DNA of 11,133 bases from Octopus sinensis (Eukaryota): positions 1 through 11,133 of the forward strand of contig NW_021827103.1 of assembly GCF_006345805.1 (NCBI RefSeq), written 5' to 3'. Both the position numbers and the translations under genes were made by a program. The notes under the pieces were generated by a model. That model ran no database searches, was not told the origin of the DNA, and saw only the letters and a program-made list of their open reading frames with translations. This document shows positions 7,808-11,133 of this stretch, piece by piece; the stretch's first letter is position 1, and every line of letters begins with the position of its first letter.

Positions 7808-8400
7808 AGTTGAAATTTACAGACAAACAAAAGACGGAGACAGGTGTATAAACAACAAGCAATTGTATTAGCCTGACGCTCAGAAAGGTGAGAAAGCCTT
7901 TTACGTTTCGAGCCTACGCTCTTCAGCAGAAAGGAACACGATGAAATAAACAGAGAGAGAATTGGAAAAAAAACTTGTGGATTTAGCGGTCAATCATGGT
8001 GACTGGTTGGAAAAAGTAGTTGGACAGGAGAGATAGGAAGGAGGGGAAATAATAAAGTACTGGGGATCCCAAAACGAAGATGCACGTGTGTGTGTGTGCG
8101 TGAGAGTTTTTAAGTGTGTGCGTGTGGTTAGGGGTTAGAAACTTTGACGTGTGGATGTGTGCATGTGTGCCTATGTAAGTTTGTCTATAACGTGTGGGTA
8201 TGTGGATGATGGTGCAAGTGCCGGGAACTGGTCAGCGCTAGTGTATGTGTGAAGTGGTGTTGGGTAGTGTGATGTGATGTGGTCCAGTGGTGTGTGGTGT
8301 GGTGAGGAGATGTAGGGTGTGCGGATGTGAGGTTTGGGGTGTGGGTGGGGTGTGAGAGCTGGAGGAAGAGTGAGAGAGAGAAATTTGAGTGAAAATAATT
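7808..8400 (-). mobile_element. Probable Penelope-like/retrozyme-like relic with GT-rich body and hammerhead-like motif
   Basis: Begins at a TA run, contains an HHR-like motif at 7897-7934 and a strongly strand-biased GT-rich segment (8086-8390). The right boundary is uncertain. Confidence 0.5.
7897..7934 (-). ncRNA. Minimal type I hammerhead-like motif with core variant (A6 to C)
   Basis: Minus strand CCUUU-CUGCUGA-A-GAGC-GUAG-GCUC-GAA-ACGU-A-AAAGG: stem I 5 bp, stem II 4 bp, palindromic ACGU stem III, GUA triplet. Confidence 0.6.
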
Positions 8401-8906
8401 GATGGTGACCTTATCCAGTACTGATGGCTATGTCGCTATGTCTGTCAGTACCATATAGGATAAACTAAGTGGAGCGCAACAGGTAGCGCAACTTGTACCA
8501 AACCTATATTCTGCACTTTTTTAGACCAAGAGAAGTGATACGGCGTCAGGACAAGCCATGAATTCTACGCTAATACCAACGAATACGCCTCAGAATTTTC
8601 GCATCAGTACTATTGTAAAAATTGTCTGTAACTGTAGGGCTTGAGGTTGCCTCCCTCGTATTGAATATAATTTCTATCTTGAGTAACAAATGGCACATAA
8701 CTGTGGTCTCTCGAGACATAGTTGTACCAAAGAAACTGTGTAAAGTTTTGGTTAAAATATATGAAAATATATGAAAAGCAACTATAAATTAGTTTGTGGT
8801 GATATTACTGTGTCTCTGACTATTATGGAAACGACGGAGTTATCATGTCAACTCGTACAGGTGGGAAGATCTTTACCAAACATAGAACACCGCTATTTTG
8901 TTTCAG

Positions 8907-9010
8907 TTCTCTCTCTCTCTCCGCCCCTCTCCCTCTCTCTCTCCCTTTCTCTCCCTTTCTTACACGCTCTATCTCACCTCTCCTTCTCTCTTTCTTTCTA
9001 CATGTCTCTG
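8907..9010. repeat. (CT)n / polypyrimidine low-complexity tract
   Basis: CT-rich run. Confidence 0.9.
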
Positions 9011-9779
9011 TTTCCCTGATGTTCACTTTTTTTTCTTTCTTTTTGTCTGTTTATCTATGCGCCTATCTCTGTTGGTCATTTTTTAAACACACAAATGTGT
9101 TTTTCTTATCTTTCTCGACGGTGTTGTCTACATATATAACACCATTATATGATGTCAACAGCATTACATCTATTCACATCAGTCCAGATATGGATTTCTT
9201 TTCATATTTTCGTACAGACGATCAGTTTCGGAATACAAACAGACGATCGCTGTCGAATCTGTTCTCTATCAATTTATCTTTGTATAATTTCAACATCAAA
9301 TATAAGCCTTTAAAGTGTTTTAAAGATTTTTCTTTGCATTATTGTTTCCCAATGAATAAACATGTGAATTATTGGCAGCAAAGAGGAAAAAGCATTGTCT
9401 ATAAAGTTATGAAACTTATAATGGAGGTACTTTTTATAAGAACGTACGGGTTAATATTGTAGTAGAATAGTTAAATTATGAATAGCGAACAGATTAATGA
9501 GAATGGTGTAAGTTTGAGATTAACATGACTGTTCTTATCTTCAATTCCTAGCTGGTTGAATCCATTCTTTGAAAGTTGGTTTAATTTTCGCTAATGAAGT
9601 TTTTTTTTTTTCTTTTGCTTTGTTTTTTTTTTATATATATTTAAATATGCTTTTGGTCAAATATGCCTGTTGGTACCTCATCCAGCCGACCGGCAGAAAA
9701 AAAAGCGGGGGTGGGTGGGTGAAGATAAGAAAAAAATATATAAAATTCAGTTGAGGACAATAACAGCTCAAACTTTACA

Positions 9780-9909
9780 TGTATATAACATATACATACA
9801 TACATATGCATATATATATATATATGTTTGTAGGTATGAATGTATATGCATACATATATATTTACATAGGCACATATATAGATATATATATATAAATATA
9901 TATATATAA

Positions 9910-9952
<43 letters not shown>

Positions 9953-9954
9953 TA

Positions 9955-10003
<49 letters not shown>

Positions 10004-10022
10004 TATATAATATATATATATT
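9780..10022. repeat. (TA)n-dominated microsatellite complex
   Basis: Long TA array with TACA/TATG variants. Confidence 0.95.
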
Positions 10023-10336
10023 ATTCATAAATGCATGCCTATATGTGTGTGTAAGGAAAGAGAGAGAGAGTGAGAGTGAGATGATCGGAGACAAGCAAAA
10101 AGTGAGAAAAGAATGAACGCTATTCATTATAAAGAACAATTGTGTCTGAGAAACTGAGAAAGACCAAAAAATAAACAGAAGTGAACGTAGTACAAAAGGC
10201 GAAACTCTTTTTTTAACTTTTCCCCCCTTCCCACCGCTCACTCTCTCTCTCTCTCTCTCTCTCTTCAGTCTACTTGACTATCTTACACTCGAACACAGAT
10301 ATGTGTATATAATATATATATATTATATATATATAT

Positions 10337-10509
10337 AGGCGTAGGAGTGGCTATGTGGTAAGTAGCTTGCTTACGAAACATATGGTTCCGGGTTCAGTCC
10401 CACTGCGTGGCACCTTGGGCAAGTGTCTTCCACTATAGCCTCGGGCTGGTCAAAGCTTTGTCAGTGGATTTGGAACTGAAAGAAGCCCGTCGTATATATA
10501 TATATATAT

Positions 10510-10555
<46 letters not shown>

Positions 10556-10739
10556 TGTGTGTGTGTGCGTGTGTGTGTGTGTGTGTGTCTGTGTGTCTGT
10601 GTTTGTCCCCCCAACATCGCTGCTGATGTGTTTACGTCCCGTAACATAGCGGTTCGGCAAAAGAGACCGATAGAATAAGTACTAGGCTTGCAAAGAATAA
10701 GTCCTGCGGTCAAGTTGCTGAAACAAGTAAAAGAGTAAA
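10337..10739 (+). mobile_element. tRNA-derived SINE, family A, copy 3 (internally deleted)
   Basis: Aligns with 4408-4883 but has three deletions (TAGACGGA, ~11 bp near 10620, ~40 bp before the tail) and an expanded internal (TA)n(TG)n. Confidence 0.92.
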
Positions 10740-10930
10740 TACATACAAACATACATACATACGTAGACTGACAGATAGACAGGCAGAGAGATAGACAGAT
10801 AGATAGACAGTCAGGCAGATAGATAGATAGATAGATTGATTGATAGATAGATGTACATACATATGAATGTGTATGTGTGTATGTGTGTGTGTGAGTGTGT
10901 ATGTGTGTGTGTGTATGTGTGAGTGAGCGT
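10740..10930. repeat. Compound microsatellite (ACAT)n/(AGAT/AGAC)n/(TG)n
   Basis: Consecutive simple repeats directly after the SINE tail. Confidence 0.9.
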
Positions 10931-11133
10931 GCAAAAAGAAAAACGGATTGCTCAATCTTCCATGTAGAGTGCCAAGATAAACTACAGAAGAACCAGCGAA
11001 TTTCTTGACACTAAGAGAGAATTTACATTGATTAGCAATATCGATACAGGACGGAGTTCAAAAACACCTCAAGGGAGCGATTTGTATCGTATAGTTATTT
11101 GTGTGTTTGTGTGTGTGTGTGTTATGCCCACAC

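Noticed and set aside
8126-8138. GGTTAGGGGTTAG telomere-like motif and nearby G-tracts (8330-8350)
   Set aside because: Fewer than two perfect TTAGGG units and only three G3+ tracts; explained by the GT-rich composition.
8845-9462. 205-aa plus-strand ORF and a possible splice acceptor near 9217
   Set aside because: Low-complexity S/L/F translation of CT-rich DNA; no recognisable domain or donor site supports an exon.
1-11133. CRISPR array or prokaryotic systems
   Set aside because: No repeat-spacer periodicity; the sequence is eukaryotic repeat DNA.

Overview
Eukaryotic, repeat-saturated, non-genic DNA (intergenic or intronic). The SINE families and the (TA)n/(TATG)n/(GATA)n microsatellite load look like octopus (coleoid cephalopod) DNA; this rests on recalled resemblance, not on a search. 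No intact host gene is supported. Contents: (1) a full-length ~1.29 kb mariner (DD34D) with 37-bp TIRs and a transposase carrying three lesions; (2) two probable Helitron/Helentron-type non-autonomous elements; (3) five tRNA-derived SINE copies from two families; (4) a full-length 5S rRNA copy joined 5 nt upstream of one SINE, with the whole unit flanked by a 13-bp target-site duplication, i.e. an apparent 5S-SINE chimeric retrocopy; (5) three unrelated Penelope-like relics, each with a minimal type I hammerhead-like motif on the minus strand (one canonical, one core variant, one split by a micro-inversion); (6) a short restriction-like-endonuclease LINE fragment. Most ORFs in the supplied track are microsatellite or antisense artefacts.
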